The position numbers and the translations under genes are program-made. Below the pieces are notes generated by a model that saw only the letters and a program-made list of their open reading frames with translations, searched no databases and had not been told where the DNA came from. A stretch of 64,000 bases of DNA from Schizochytrium sp. TIO01 (Eukaryota > Protista > Bigyra: Labyrinthulomycetes): the NCBI GenBank assembly GCA_004764695.1, contig SMSO01000032.1:3752483-3816482 (forward strand), in the 5' to 3' direction. Below, one piece after another: positions 37,242 to 49,543 of the stretch; positions within the stretch are counted from its first letter, which is position 1, and each line of letters starts with the position of its first letter.

Positions 37242-40040
37242 CTTGCCATGGCTAATTGCCATGGCTGGCTGGCTGGATTTGACGATGCCATCCATCCCTG
37301 TCTCATGAGCGATCGAGCACCAGGATCGTTCGTTGCTGCGTTGCCTTCGTTCTCGCCGGCCACTTTTGTTATCTCTCTTATTTCTGTCTTTCTTTGTAAT
37401 TCCTGCGCTGTTACATTTATTTGTCATCCATACGTACTCAATACCACCTCTTTCTTTTTTGTGTATGGCTGTTTTCATTTTGTTTCCGCAGAGCCACAAA
37501 GATCTCTAAGTGGGAAACTGACTAACTATCCAACCCATTATCTAATCTACTAATTTGCTAATTTGCTAATTTACTGATTTACTGACTGACTGACTAAGTA
37601 ACTAACTAACACCTTCAGCCAAAAATGCTTCTTCGAAAAAAGAGATGAAAAGTTCCTCTAACTGCGAAGAAACAGTCGAGAGATCATGAAAAAGCGGGAT
37701 TGCCTCAGCCCTGGTTCTAAAGAGAAGTAAGAAACCAAGTAAAAGCACGCGAAGCGCCGTGTGATTGAGCAGTGATGATTGCAATCTATTGGGTCAATCA
37801 ACTGTTCTGAAGGCAGAACTCGCAGGGTACTTTACACATTGTTTCCTGTTTTCCCTTTCTTTTTATCCCTTTTTCTTTAAGGTAATGACAGAGGTAACCT
37901 AAATGATATTTAGTCAGTTAAATTAAAAAAAATATTGATAATAAATTATTTTCACGAGTTTTCAAGAGTGCACAAAACCTCCAGACTTTAGCGCAAATCT
38001 GGACAAAACCGGCTCCGAACAGGGTCCAGATGCGAAACGGCAGACATAAACTCGCCTCCAAAGCTGCATTGGTATGGCCCTCTGTGATGGCACCTGTATG
38101 CTTCAAGACCGCTCATTGGGCATGCGTTTAGCGATCTCCGCTTTGGACCTTGATTTATCCCTGTGCCATAAAAGTTTCTCTTTGGGGGGAAAAGGAAAAT
38201 ACAACAATAAACATTTTTTCTTAACATTTTAATTTTTGATTTAAACTAAATTATAGAAAACAGTACTACTACAAAAGAAGAAGAAGAAGAAGAAGAAGAA
38301 GAAAAAGAATCTGTGCAGAGAACATCCACAAAAATCAGTCACAGCTCAATCAAACAATAGCAAACCAATCTGTAGTCTGCAGAAGCTGTCTTCGCACTCC
38401 GTCTTTGTGTGCATTCCACGAGTCCTGGCGACGATCTGAGACGCACAGGGATTATGCTGCTGTAGGTAAGAAACAGCAACTGAAGAGAGGATAGGACCTC
38501 GAAGAAAGAAATGAGCAGACAAACGAATCGAAAGAGAATGGACATAAAAACTAACGCCCACAAGTTATTTGCTTCAACACCTCAAATACAACAAGAACAC
38601 AGGTAGGATTGCTCCTCCGCCACTTGCTTTCTGTCCCCGCCGCAAGACCATACTGTTTGCCCGGGCCTACGCACGTCTTATCATACTTGTATTGAACAAG
38701 CCAGTGACTCTGTGCAGGTTCTCCGTCGGTCTGGTCTGCTTCCCTCAGAGAGCCTTTCCTCTTTTGTAGACAGTGGTAGCCTAGTCAGTGCATAGATACT
38801 GTTACTCCCAGACTCATGATACGGTCCCTCTGTGGCCCACTGAAAGAAATGAATACTCTGTCCTCTCAGCGCATTCTCCTCAGTCCTAGCAAATGTGTCC
38901 CCTCCACGCGTGGGCAGACTCCTCCCGAACACTGACCATGGAGGGGGGAAAGCCTGGAAAAGAACCAACCCTTCGCCTCACAAGCTTCTCGAACTTGCCG
39001 CCCTCTCATCCTCGTTCCTCCTCCCATAAACCTTCTTACCAGCAAGAGGGGAATTGGAAATTGAAATGCAGAAATCGATCACTGGGGGGGTATCCTTTGC
39101 TACACAAACTCTACTGCCCCTCGAGAGGGGACTCTCCGCCCCTCTCCCTTTCTTTTCTGTTTGTAACATACATTCTTTCTCCCATAGTATCTCAGCCTTT
39201 AAACAATAAAAGCTCTTATCTTTGGCATATTTGTGGGTACCTTTTCACTTACTTTGGTAATGGGATTTGAAATCTCTTCCCATAATGAGCAATTGAAAGA
39301 AACAAAGAAAACAAAGGAACAAACTGTTTGTTTTAAAAAAACATTCTCTTTCTTTTCAACACAGACATCTTTTTTGAACTCTTTCTTGAGCGCGCAGACC
39401 TGCAAACAAACCCCAATCTCGGAAACTCTGACCCCGACGACCTCGCACCGGTACGTGTATGCTCCTCCCTCCGCCCCCTCCCTCCGCAGCCCTCCCTCTG
39501 CTGCGTGGCACGCCGGGCCTCGCCTCCCGCCCTCTTGCTGCAGCGGAATCGTCCCCATCGATGCCGCTCATGTTGAAAGAAAGAGAAAGATTGGTTTGAT
39601 TTCTTTCTCTCCATCTTTCTTTCCTCTCAATCAATATATCTCTCCCCTGAGGAGCGGAAAGGCCCTCAGGCGGATAGATAGATGGACGAGTTGCCTCTGC
39701 CGCTGCTGTTGCTGTTGAACGCGTAGCTCCTGCAGACGTCGCTGCCTGTTTGTGAGAGGCTGCGGTCCCGTCTTTTCGAAAGCGTATGGTCTTACCTGCT
39801 TCTGTTGGAATGGCGTTGACTAACTTTGATTCGACGAACTCACTCGTTTTTCCTTTCCTTCTTTCCTTCATCACACTCCCTCCTTCTCCATTGTTTGTTT
39901 GTTCTGATTGCTTTCGCCTCCGTCTGTCAACCTTCTGCACCTCTGCTCGCCGTGGCATCTCCCGCGATCTCCTTCAACCAACCCCTGTGTTCTGGCACCT
40001 CCGGTCGCTCTTCTTCTCCACGTCCTCTGTCTCTCTCTCT

Positions 40041-40108
40041 GTATGTATGTATGTATGTATGTATGTATGTATGTATGTCTGTATGTATGTACGTCTGTAT
40101 GTATGTCT
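40041..40108. repeat. (GTAT)n microsatellite
   Basis: Direct reading. Confidence 0.9.
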
Positions 40109-40746
40109 GTTCGCTGCCTTCCTCGGCTTCGTTGTGGCGGTGAAATCCATGACACCTCTTCACTTATTTCTGCCTCGTTCTTCGTTGAAGTTTCTTTCGC
40201 TCTTTCTTCCCTATGACTCGTTACGGTGTACGTACCACGATGGTGCGATGATGGTTGATTGTCTGTCCATCGATCCATCTAATCCTGTTTCTTCGTACCT
40301 ACCTCCTCGCTGTTCTGTAATGGGCAAATCCAATGCGACGTAATGCAATGCAATGCAATGCAATGAATACAATGTAATGTAATGAAATGCTATTGCTGAC
40401 TATGGTGTGCTGCTCTGTGCTGTAATGTGCTTTGCGGTTATGTCACGTATTGCAATGGCATGGGAATATGGGAATATCATGCGACGTCATCGTGTCCTAC
40501 CTCGCGGCGAACGCACTCTGGTCTTGCCTTTCTTGGCATGGCATGGCACGGCGGCGTGTTGTCGTGGGCTGCTGCTGTGGTCTGTGTCTGGGAAATAATA
40601 ACATGATTGGGGAATTGATTGATTGATTGATTGATTAATAATTGTTGATCAATGGATGGATAAATGGGGGTTTTCGCGTTGTTATGGATACTGTGTTGTT
40701 GGGTCTCTTTCTTGTGTAGATTCCGTTGACTATTTACAAACTCAGA

Positions 40747-41991
40747 ATGCAGTCTGCCATGAACCTCGCCCAGCGCGCCTCGCGCGCCGGCCTCGCCCGC
40801 GTGGGTGCCCGCAACTTCTCCGGCAAGGCCTTCCCGCCTCTGCAGACCCTCTCCGATGAGGAGCAGATGTTCAAGGAGACCGTCGCTCGCTTCTCCCAGG
40901 AGGTTATCGCCCCCAAGGTCCGCGAGATGGACGAGACCATGACCATGGACCCGGAGCTTATCAAGCAGATGTTTGAGAACGGCCTCATGGGTGTTGAGAT
41001 CCCTGAGAAGTACGGCGGCTCCGGCGCAAGCTTCCTCAGTGCCATCCTTGTCATTGAGGAGCTCGCCAAGATCGACCCTGCCGTTTCCGTCTGTTGTGAT
41101 GTGCAGAACACCCTCGTGAACAACCTCTTCAGCATCTACGGTAACGAGGATGTCAAGAGCCGCTACCTTCCTCGCCTTGCCAACGAGTGCCTCGGCAGCT
41201 TTGGTCTCTCTGAGGCTGGCTCCGGCAGTGACGCCTTTGCTCTCGCCACCCGCGCCGAGCAGAAGGACAACGGAGACTACGTCATCAACGGCTCCAAGAT
41301 GTGGATTACCAACGCCGGCGAGGCTGAGATCTTCCTCGTCCAGGCCAACCTCGACCCGAGCAAGGGATACAAGGGCATCACTTGCTTCATCGTCGAGCGC
41401 GGCATGGAGGGCTTTGAGGTCGGTAAGAAGGAGAACAAGCTCGGCATCCGCGCCTCTTCTACCTGCCCTCTCACCTTCACTGACGTCGTTGTCCCCAAGG
41501 AGAACGTCCTCGGTGAGATCGGCAAGGGCTACCGTTACGCCATTGAGATCCTCAACGAGGGTCGCATTGGTATTGCGGCTCAGTGCCTCGGTATGGCCCA
41601 GGGTGCCATGGATGCCACTCTCCCGTACCTCCACGAGCGCAAGCAGTTTGGCCAGTACATTGGAGACTTCCAGGCCATGCAGCACCAGGTCTCTCAGTGC
41701 GCTGTAGAGATTGAGGCAGCCCGCCTCCTTACCTACAACGCTGCCCGCAAGAAGATGAACGGCGAGTCCTTTGTCAAGGAGGCTGCTATGGCTAAGTACT
41801 ACGCCTCTGGAGTCGCCGAGCGCACTGCCTCCAAGTGCATCGAGTTTATGGGTGGTCTTGGCTTCACCAAGGACATGCCCCAGGAGAAGTTCTGGCGTGA
41901 CTCCAAGATTGGCGCCATCTACGAGGGTACCAGCAACATCCAGCTCACTACCATCGCCAAGCTTGTTCAGGCTGAGTACAAGACCAAGTAA
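40747..41991 (+). CDS. ACADSB: Mitochondrial short/branched-chain acyl-CoA dehydrogenase
   Basis: Arg/Ala-rich presequence; [77 protein letters not shown]. Strong C-ending codon bias. Confidence 0.93.
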   Translation: MQSAMNLAQRASRAGLARVGARNFSGKAFPPLQTLSDEEQMFKETVARFSQEVIAPKVREMDETMTMDPELIKQMFENGLMGVEIPEKYGGSGASFLSAILVIEELAKIDPAVSVCCDVQNTLVNNLFSIYGNEDVKSRYLPRLANECLGSFGLSEAGSGSDAFALATRAEQKDNGDYVINGSKMWITNAGEAEIFLVQANLDPSKGYKGITCFIVERGMEGFEVGKKENKLGIRASSTCPLTFTDVVVPKENVLGEIGKGYRYAIEILNEGRIGIAAQCLGMAQGAMDATLPYLHERKQFGQYIGDFQAMQHQVSQCAVEIEAARLLTYNAARKKMNGESFVKEAAMAKYYASGVAERTASKCIEFMGGLGFTKDMPQEKFWRDSKIGAIYEGTSNIQLTTIAKLVQAEYKTK

Positions 41992-44088
41992 ATCTTTCAT
42001 TCCAATCCTGGGATGTAGGCTTGATTTGTTCCTTGTTCATGCAACCAAATTAGACCCGTATCTATCTACTACTACTTATACTACTTATCCCATTGGCTCT
42101 CGCTGTTGCTATGGCAAGCGTGCGCTTCGATCATTGTATCATGTTAATCACTCACAATGCACACGACAAAAGCATATGCCTGCTTGTCCATTCAACAGTG
42201 CTAGCGAATTTCGTCTCATCAATCACCCTTACCAGTACTCTTTTTTATCAAAACATTTACTTAACCAAATTTTCTGGCCTTTTAAACATGCAACGCTGCC
42301 TTCATTTTTTGCGCCAAAAATCTTCACCAACTCTTCCGCAGTAACAACTTTTGTGTCAACAAACATTCACAACGAGGAACATCAAGTTTCCTAAAGTTAC
42401 TCGCTTTTGTGTTCCCCACGGGTCATCAAACTTGTGTTGTTGTTCTGTATTTCTTAAGACTCTCTAGCTAGAGTGAAATCCAAACCAGCACCACGACTAC
42501 CATGGCAATCCAAGGCAAGCTTGCTGTCACTCACCCAAGTGTACCAAGGCCAACCTCCCGCACTACCGACCGCCACACCTAGCTAGCTCGCTCTTGTAAA
42601 GTACCTTAAAGTACCTTGTGTGTCTTGCTCTATCTAGTGCCACAGGTTGTCTCGAAAACGCCACTATCTTAAACCCCAAGTTTCTGCCTGCTACTAGATA
42701 CAATACAATACAATACAATACAATGCAATACATGCACGCCAATTTAACTCTCGATCTTCGTTTCATCGACTTTGACGAAGCTGCAGCGATTACATATTAC
42801 ATCCCCGCGTCCCTTTTGACCCTCTTCTCAGGGCAGGACATTTATTAGTTCCATATATGTACAACAAACAGCACAGAGCGCAGCGACTTTGACGCCATGA
42901 GTGAGAGGAGGAGTGAGTGAGTGAGTGAGTGCTCTGCTGCCTATCAATTTCGAGTTTGCAAGGCAAGCCAGGAGGCTGCAGCGGGTCCTTGGTGTGCAGG
43001 CGCTATCAGCAGCGCCATGCCGACGCCCGATTGCAGTGCTCCCTTGGTCAAGGCCTCCGCCGCCAGCCTGTTCAAGCAGGTCATGATTTCTGAAAAGCTG
43101 TTCTTCAAGTTTTTCTTTCAAGAACCTGTTATTTGGATGTTCGTGGGCAGTAGGGTTACCTAGTGCCTGCCTATTCTTATTTTAATTCTATTTCATTGAT
43201 CAAATCATCTTAATTAAAAATATAATTATAATTAAAGTACATTAATTTTAATTACATTACTTTAAAAAGTAGTGTACCAAATAATAAATATAACAAACAA
43301 ATAAACAAACAAACAAACAAACAAACAAATCCAACAAACAAACGAAATGATCTATGAAAGCGGTAATAATGAGCTTTGACCATTCTGTTATCTTTCTTCG
43401 TTTTGTGGCATTGATTGCGTTGGATCATGAAAAGTGGAGCCATAATTACGATGGCAGAAGAGAGAGAAGATCGAGGACAGCCAGGAAGACCTCGAGAAGG
43501 CCTTGAGAACCGGGCTGGTGGCTCGCAAACCGCGGCCTGACGCTCGCTCGCTCTCCATGGCCCACACTCATCGAGGTCTTTGCCAGTGGGTTTGTTTGTT
43601 TGTTTGTTTGTTTATTTATTTGCTCTGTGGAGCTTCAACCATGAATTGATTGGATCGAGATCAAGATAGATATGTATCTCTCTGCAGGAATTGAGGCAAA
43701 AGAAGCTGTAAAAGAACTGAAGGAAGAGATTGCTACAGCCGGGGACCCCTTTTGATTTAACTTTCCACTTGCGGACGCGATTAATGCGCATAGTAATTTG
43801 AGAGCAAAGTGGAGTATTTATCAGTTTCAGAGCTTACCATGAAGAAGGAAGGCGACGGGCACAAGTCACGGTGCAGCGAATCAAAGAGGATTGAGCAAAA
43901 CCCGAACTAGCCAAGACCCTCGCGCGGACGCCCGCGCTTGGACAAGCCCTGCTGGACCCTGGCGACTAGGCCAAGCGGCAAATCTTCGGTGGCTGCAACA
44001 CGCGTGCCCACGGCCAGCCGTAGCGACGAAAGTCAGCTGCGTATCTTAAGCTTGGCGATCTTGCAAAGGCCTTAGGACGGAGGTCAAA

Positions 44089-45707
44089 ATGGCTGCAAAA
44101 GGGACGTCTAGCGGTGCCAAAACGAGCAAGCCTTCGGCGCCTACGAGTGCCAAGGCAGGGGATGCTGGCGCGGCTACAAGCGAGAAGAGTTCTTCATCAG
44201 GCTCGAAATATCTTGCAATTATTGCAGTAATTGTGGCGGCTGTTGCAGCAGCTCTTGCAGGACCGTACCGCGAAATCCTTGATGAGTTTCTTTCTGCGCA
44301 GGGAATAGCTGAGAGCACCGCTGCTCCACTCACTCCTGGACAAAGTCAAAACTCCTCTCGCCGCAGGGCTGCAGAAGTAGAATATATGCCTGCTAGCATG
44401 GCAGCACAGTATGAAATTACCGATGCTGAGGAATTACCGTATACTACGTATCTTCTCAACGCCCCGAACAAGGGCGCTGAGCAGCCAATGGGTGTTACCT
44501 TTCGTAGCTTCTATCCCTTTGACATGACCATGTGGTGGGACAATGGCACCCCTGAAGGTGTCTACTCAGGTTCAATCAGAGCTTTTGGCATTTCCGCCAC
44601 TAACTCGTACACTACACACGTGTTTCACTTTCGCAAGCGCGACACTGGTGAAAATATTGTATCTGTGGAGATGAAGAAGGGACAAAACATGGTTTTTCTT
44701 GGCCCCGCTGAAGACGATGATGCAACTCGAGAATCCTCGAGGTACAAGGAGGCTGTGGAAGAACTCAAGTTTCGTACTGACTACTATGAGAAGCACAACA
44801 CACCCTGGCTGTCTCACTACCCACCGGTCAAGCCGGCGCTCTCCTTTTGGCCTGCTGATTTCGTTGGACAAGAGCATAAACTGCGCTCTTTTGTGGGCTA
44901 CTTCAACGAAGATGGCACTCAATCCCCTGAGCCTGTGGAGTTAAAGATCAAAGTGGTTTCAGTCCAGCCTCGTGTGGTTGTGATAGAAAACCTACTCAGC
45001 CCTGCAGAAATCGAACATATTCTCAACCTTGGTAAGGGAGTAGTACGTCGCTCGAGTGTTGGCAGTTCTTCCGAAGGATTTCAGAGTGATACCCGCACTA
45101 GTGACAACGGTTGGATCAGTCGCAAACGCAGTAATCTGCTCAACACCGTCTATGATCGATTTGCCGACGTCTTGAACATGACCGATGCACAGGCATCAGA
45201 AGGTCCCAATGGAAACATCGAGCAGCTTCAGTTTGTTCGCTACCGGGTTAGCCAAAAGTATGACCCTCATCATGATTTTGGCTACAGTGGTAAGCCGGAG
45301 CAGCGCTTCTCAACTCTTTTCATTTACCTCCAGCCATCCGCAGCAGGCGGCGCCACATCCTTTCCAAAGGCCTTCAACGGACGCGGTATCAAAGTGAAGC
45401 CTCCCGCAGGTACTGCGGTTCTTTTCTATAGTATGCTTGAGGATGGTAATGGTGACGATCTCAGTCTCCACTCTGGCATGCCCGTCAGTAAGTTTTCTTT
45501 GAGATGCGCAAAACCACTTCCCTTATGTTTCTTCTTTTTGTGGGAGCTCCCTCTTCCCTTGAAGATGCTTGTCTGGTTTCTTATTATGGTAGAACCACTG
45601 AAAACTAACAGCCTGTGAATGCTTGAACCTTGCTTATTACTCTCTTATTAGCCGACGGTGAGAAGGTTGCAGCTAATTTGTGGTCCTGGTCTCCACGTTA
45701 CAGATAA
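44089..45707 (+). CDS. Membrane-anchored prolyl 4-hydroxylase alpha-like 2OG-Fe(II) dioxygenase; exons 44089-45487 and 45652-45707
   Basis: TM anchor YLAIIAVIVAAVAAALAG; P4H motifs QPRVVVIENLLSPAEIEHI, RTS, EQLQFVRY, YDPHHDF, GGATSFP. The phase-1 intron 45488-45651 (GTAAGT...ACTAAC...TAG) restores LHSGMPVTDGEKVAANLW. Confidence 0.9.
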
Positions 45708-46415
45708 TTGGGCTTTGGCGTGCCTCGACAGAATCAACAATTGTTTACTGAGCTTGTGCCGTCCTTCTTCCTGCGAAAGGTTGTATTCTATTCGACCATG
45801 GCCGTAGATATCTCTCATTTGCTTTGGTAAAATATTGCATCACGCGTGCATTCTTTTTATGCCATCTACGAAGAAGACAACCAAGAGAACAAATCCGAAA
45901 ACAAGCAAAGCTACTTTTGAAATGATTCGAATCTTGTGAGAGTATGTGTAAGCCTTCTAGGAATAGTACCTGGAAGAGGCATTGCTAAAGAAAGTTATAA
46001 AAGATGGAGGAAAGAAAAGAACATAAATTAATCTCTTATTGCCTGAATAATTCAAATTAAAAATTGCTCTTCATTTTCTCCCTCGCGTGCCTGGTTTTAA
46101 AAAACACATAGTCTAGATTCGCCGTTTTATCGCAGTTGAAAGAGAAATTATAGTAATATGCAATTTGCATACTAAATGAAATGGCTTGGCGAGAGAATAT
46201 GCTTCATGCATCAATAAATTTTAAGTGAGTATGGTTTCTTCGTACAAGTATATGCCCATTAAACATCCAAGCAGGTGTGCTTGCTATTAGTGAACTTGCA
46301 AATTTTAAAAAAGGGTTTCGGGGCTGGCACCAATTTTAAAAAAATAAAAAATTAAAAAAGGATAAAAAGGCTTTCCAAAATCGGAATTCGATATGTCAAA
46401 CAAATGGCAGGCAGC

Positions 46416-47790
46416 TCATGTTTTCATTTCCATTTCCGTTCTTTCTTCATGAATTATAGCGGGGTCAAATACAGGCAATGAACGTTCAAAAATGTCAATC
46501 CAATTCCATTGAAAGATACCGTGTGCAGCTTGCCAAGCTGCGTGACTCCATATATCAGCTCCGAAGCCACGCGAGCCTAGGCGTGTTTGTTGATTCTTAT
46601 CAAGAAGGCCAACGACAAAACGTCGTACTTCGAGTGGAACCATGTTCTCGAAAAAATCGTCATCTGGGATAGGATTCATGCAAATGTCTCTGCACTGTGC
46701 TTGAGGACCGTCTCCGTTGTCTGGCCAAGGCACGTTTCCTGTAAAGGCTTCAAAAAGTACAACTCCAAAACTCCACCAATCAGCTTCAAACCGATGTTGG
46801 CGGCGACACAGAATTTCGGGAGCTGCATAGGCTAGAGTGCCAGCACCTGAGATGATAAATTCAGGGTACTCACATTGCTCTCCGATTCCATTGGCAACGT
46901 CTTCTTCACTATCATCTGATGGGATTTTCAATCTTTGGGATAAGCCAAAATCAATTAGCTTTGACGTTGCCCGAGATATCAAAACATATATTTTCCGGTT
47001 TAATATCTCCATGGACAAATCCTGCACGATGAAGAGTGTCCAGAGCAATACAAACTTGAGCTGCCATCCGCATTGTTGCTGACACGCTGAATAAGCCTTG
47101 CCTTTGCCAGACTTGCACCAAGTCACCGTGGGGGCAAAACTCGAGAAGGAGACTTGATTCTCCAGAGTTGTGATGGTGAAATACTCCTTCAAGGAAAACT
47201 ATAAATGCAGAGTTGCGAACGAGTGGAGAGCCCAAGGCCTGGACCTCACGTTCATACATGTTTCTATCGTCTACGCGCTTGACGATGACACCATTTTGCA
47301 GAGCTTGCTCCCTAAGACGAATGCCAAATTTGCCTGCAAGAAGAAGACCACTAAACCAGCTCACATTCGGAGGTGGGGCAGAAGGACTTATTGAAAGGGA
47401 AGCGCAATCCTCTGTATCATCATTTTCTGCCTCTGCAACGGATGTTGTATCTTCGATCTCATTGATTCCATCATATTCGTCATGGCTCCCATCCACGTGC
47501 TGCTGGCACAGTTCTTCGGATAAGAGCTCGCCTCCTCGTTGCCCTCCTCGTCGATCATGGGTGTACAGCGAAATCCCTGTTCTCGTGGACAGACTCTCCC
47601 TGGGTGCCCGCTTCTGTATCATTTCCCAATTTTCTCCAAGGCTTGCCAAAATCTTCGCCGTGGGCCCTTTTCCCATAAAAAACGAGTCGCTCCTGCACTG
47701 CCGCGATCGGTGCATCTCCTCAAAATTGCTCCAGCGAGCTCCGTCTCTGCAATCGGCCATATCTCGCTCAACCCACAAGGCCTCGTTCAT
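46416..47790 (-). CDS. AGC-like Ser/Thr protein kinase interrupted by a 1-nt frameshift at 46960-46962 (assembly error or pseudogene)
   Basis: ORF 47862-46951 gives VIVKR, YEREVQAL, LLLEFCPHGDL, VHGDIKPENI...GNVK. ORF 47192-46416 continues LIDFGLS, GTLAYAAPE, ADWWSFGVVLFE, GLLDKNQQTRLG. Minus strand GTC AAA GCT AAT TGA becomes GTC AAG CTA ATT GAT if one A is removed. Confidence 0.85.
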
Positions 47791-49387
47791 CCTGCTGCTG
47801 ACCTCTAGTGTACAATAACGATGTGTTGGATCGATCAATTTCGATGCGTTCGTGCCGAGCAATAACTATATAGATTGCTCCTGCTTCTAGCACTTCTCTC
47901 TTCCGCAGTTAGGACCTCACTACAGTTGTAGTGGGCCCCGGCTCCGCCCCATTACGGTTTTGCTTTCTCAAGCTCAGCCCTTTTCCCTTCGTGCCCCTTC
48001 GTTTGATTTGTGCACGTTGGTTTCCTCTCTTTCAGCCTTCACTGACGAAATGAAGGATGTGCCTGCTACTCCTGAAAGGAAGAAAGGGCGGTAGATAGGT
48101 AGGTAGCCACCCACTAGGAGTCACTAGCAGACGTTTGCTTTTTGATTCTTTCGTTTTTAGCATCTCTTTCTCTCAGGATCGAAAAAATATTGATTGCCAT
48201 TATTGACGACGCGTTTCCTCTGCTTTTGCTGCTTTTGGCTGTTGTTTTTAATTTTAGATTTAAATTTAAAAAAAAATTAAAAAATATTTCAAATATCTTT
48301 TCTTTTCTTTTTTCAAAGGGAAAATTATCCCTTTTCATTGGTTTCCCGTTTCATTTGTTTCCGCGTGTCTGTACTGGCAAGAGTACTCGCCACTACGAAG
48401 AACCGTAGCGAAATTAGATTTTTAGTTTTGGAAGGAAAAACTAATCCTCCTCTTCTTTCTTTCTCCTTTGCCTTTCTGATTATCTTTACAAACGAGTGAA
48501 CATTTGGGTCGTCGGTACTAGTACCTACTATTGTTTCCTATCTGTACACCTTATTATTTAATAACATCTTTACAAAAATTAAAAATTAAAAAAAATTAAA
48601 AATTAAAATATAGCTCCCACTAAAAACTACATATCCAGTAGAATAAAAGCAAGAAGAGCCTTTCCATCGCCGCCCTGTTGCCAAATAAGTCCAAAGCAGA
48701 ACGTTTCGACCCTGGTTTCCTTTCCCCAATCAGATCCGGTCAGTTCCACCTCACTTTGGTTTTCTCTTGGGCAGACAGACTCTTTCCCCCAAAGCAGCTA
48801 GCTCATCTCCTTTCCTTCTTTCAATGTTCTTTTCATACTCCAAACCCCATTCAATAACTCCATTCATTCATTATTCATTCTTTTTTATTATATTATTTTC
48901 ATTTTCACTTTAAATAATAAAATGTTAAAAAGCAACAACAACGACGAAGAAGACAGCGACAAAGCAAAGAACGCGCTCGCGAGGACGGGATCCCTCTCGC
49001 AAGCCTCTGCGAGCGAGGCTTCAGTAGCCGCTGCGACGATCTTCCCTGCGGCCGGAGATGTCGGCGACTAACCAACTGTTCATCCCTCAGCAGCTGTGCG
49101 TGCAGAAGGAGCTGATATGCCACGCCTGCTTGCTTGGCTTCTTCTCAGTATGGAAGGGAGGTCGTCGCCAGAGCTCATTCATGCTTCCCTTGGGAGCAGC
49201 GAGGCTCGCGCTGTGTTCTCGCAGACCCATAGTACGCGGCAGGTACTCGCGCCGATGCTAACCCGCTCCACAGACAGAGGCCAAAGGCCGGAGCGAGTCG
49301 GCCTCAGGGCACCCGCCCAGAGGCGCCCGAGTTGGCGGCGAAGAGGTCATTCAATTCATTCCTCGCGCTCTTCGCCGCTCTCCATCT

Positions 49388-49543
49388 CATTCATTCATTC
49401 TTTCATTCATTCTTTCATTCATACTTCTTTCATTCATAACTCTTTCATTCATAACTCTTTCATTCATAATTCTTTCATTCATCATTCTTTCTTTCATAAT
49501 TCTTTCATTCATCATTCTTTCTTTCATAATTCTTTCATTCATC
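49388..49543. repeat. 15-bp minisatellite derived from (TTCA)n (TTCTTTCATTCATAA-like)
   Basis: Direct reading. Confidence 0.9.

Noticed and set aside
36067-40343. Many overlapping ORFs on both strands
   Set aside because: They arise from GC-rich patches and microsatellites (QASK, VCMY, FVCL translations); no coherent protein.
40477-42000. 507-aa antisense ORF
   Set aside because: Shadow of the strongly codon-biased acyl-CoA dehydrogenase gene in the mirrored frame; no motifs of its own.
45488-45618. Hydrophobic C-terminus of the 509-aa ORF in the track
   Set aside because: Intron read-through; splicing gives the canonical P4H C-terminus.
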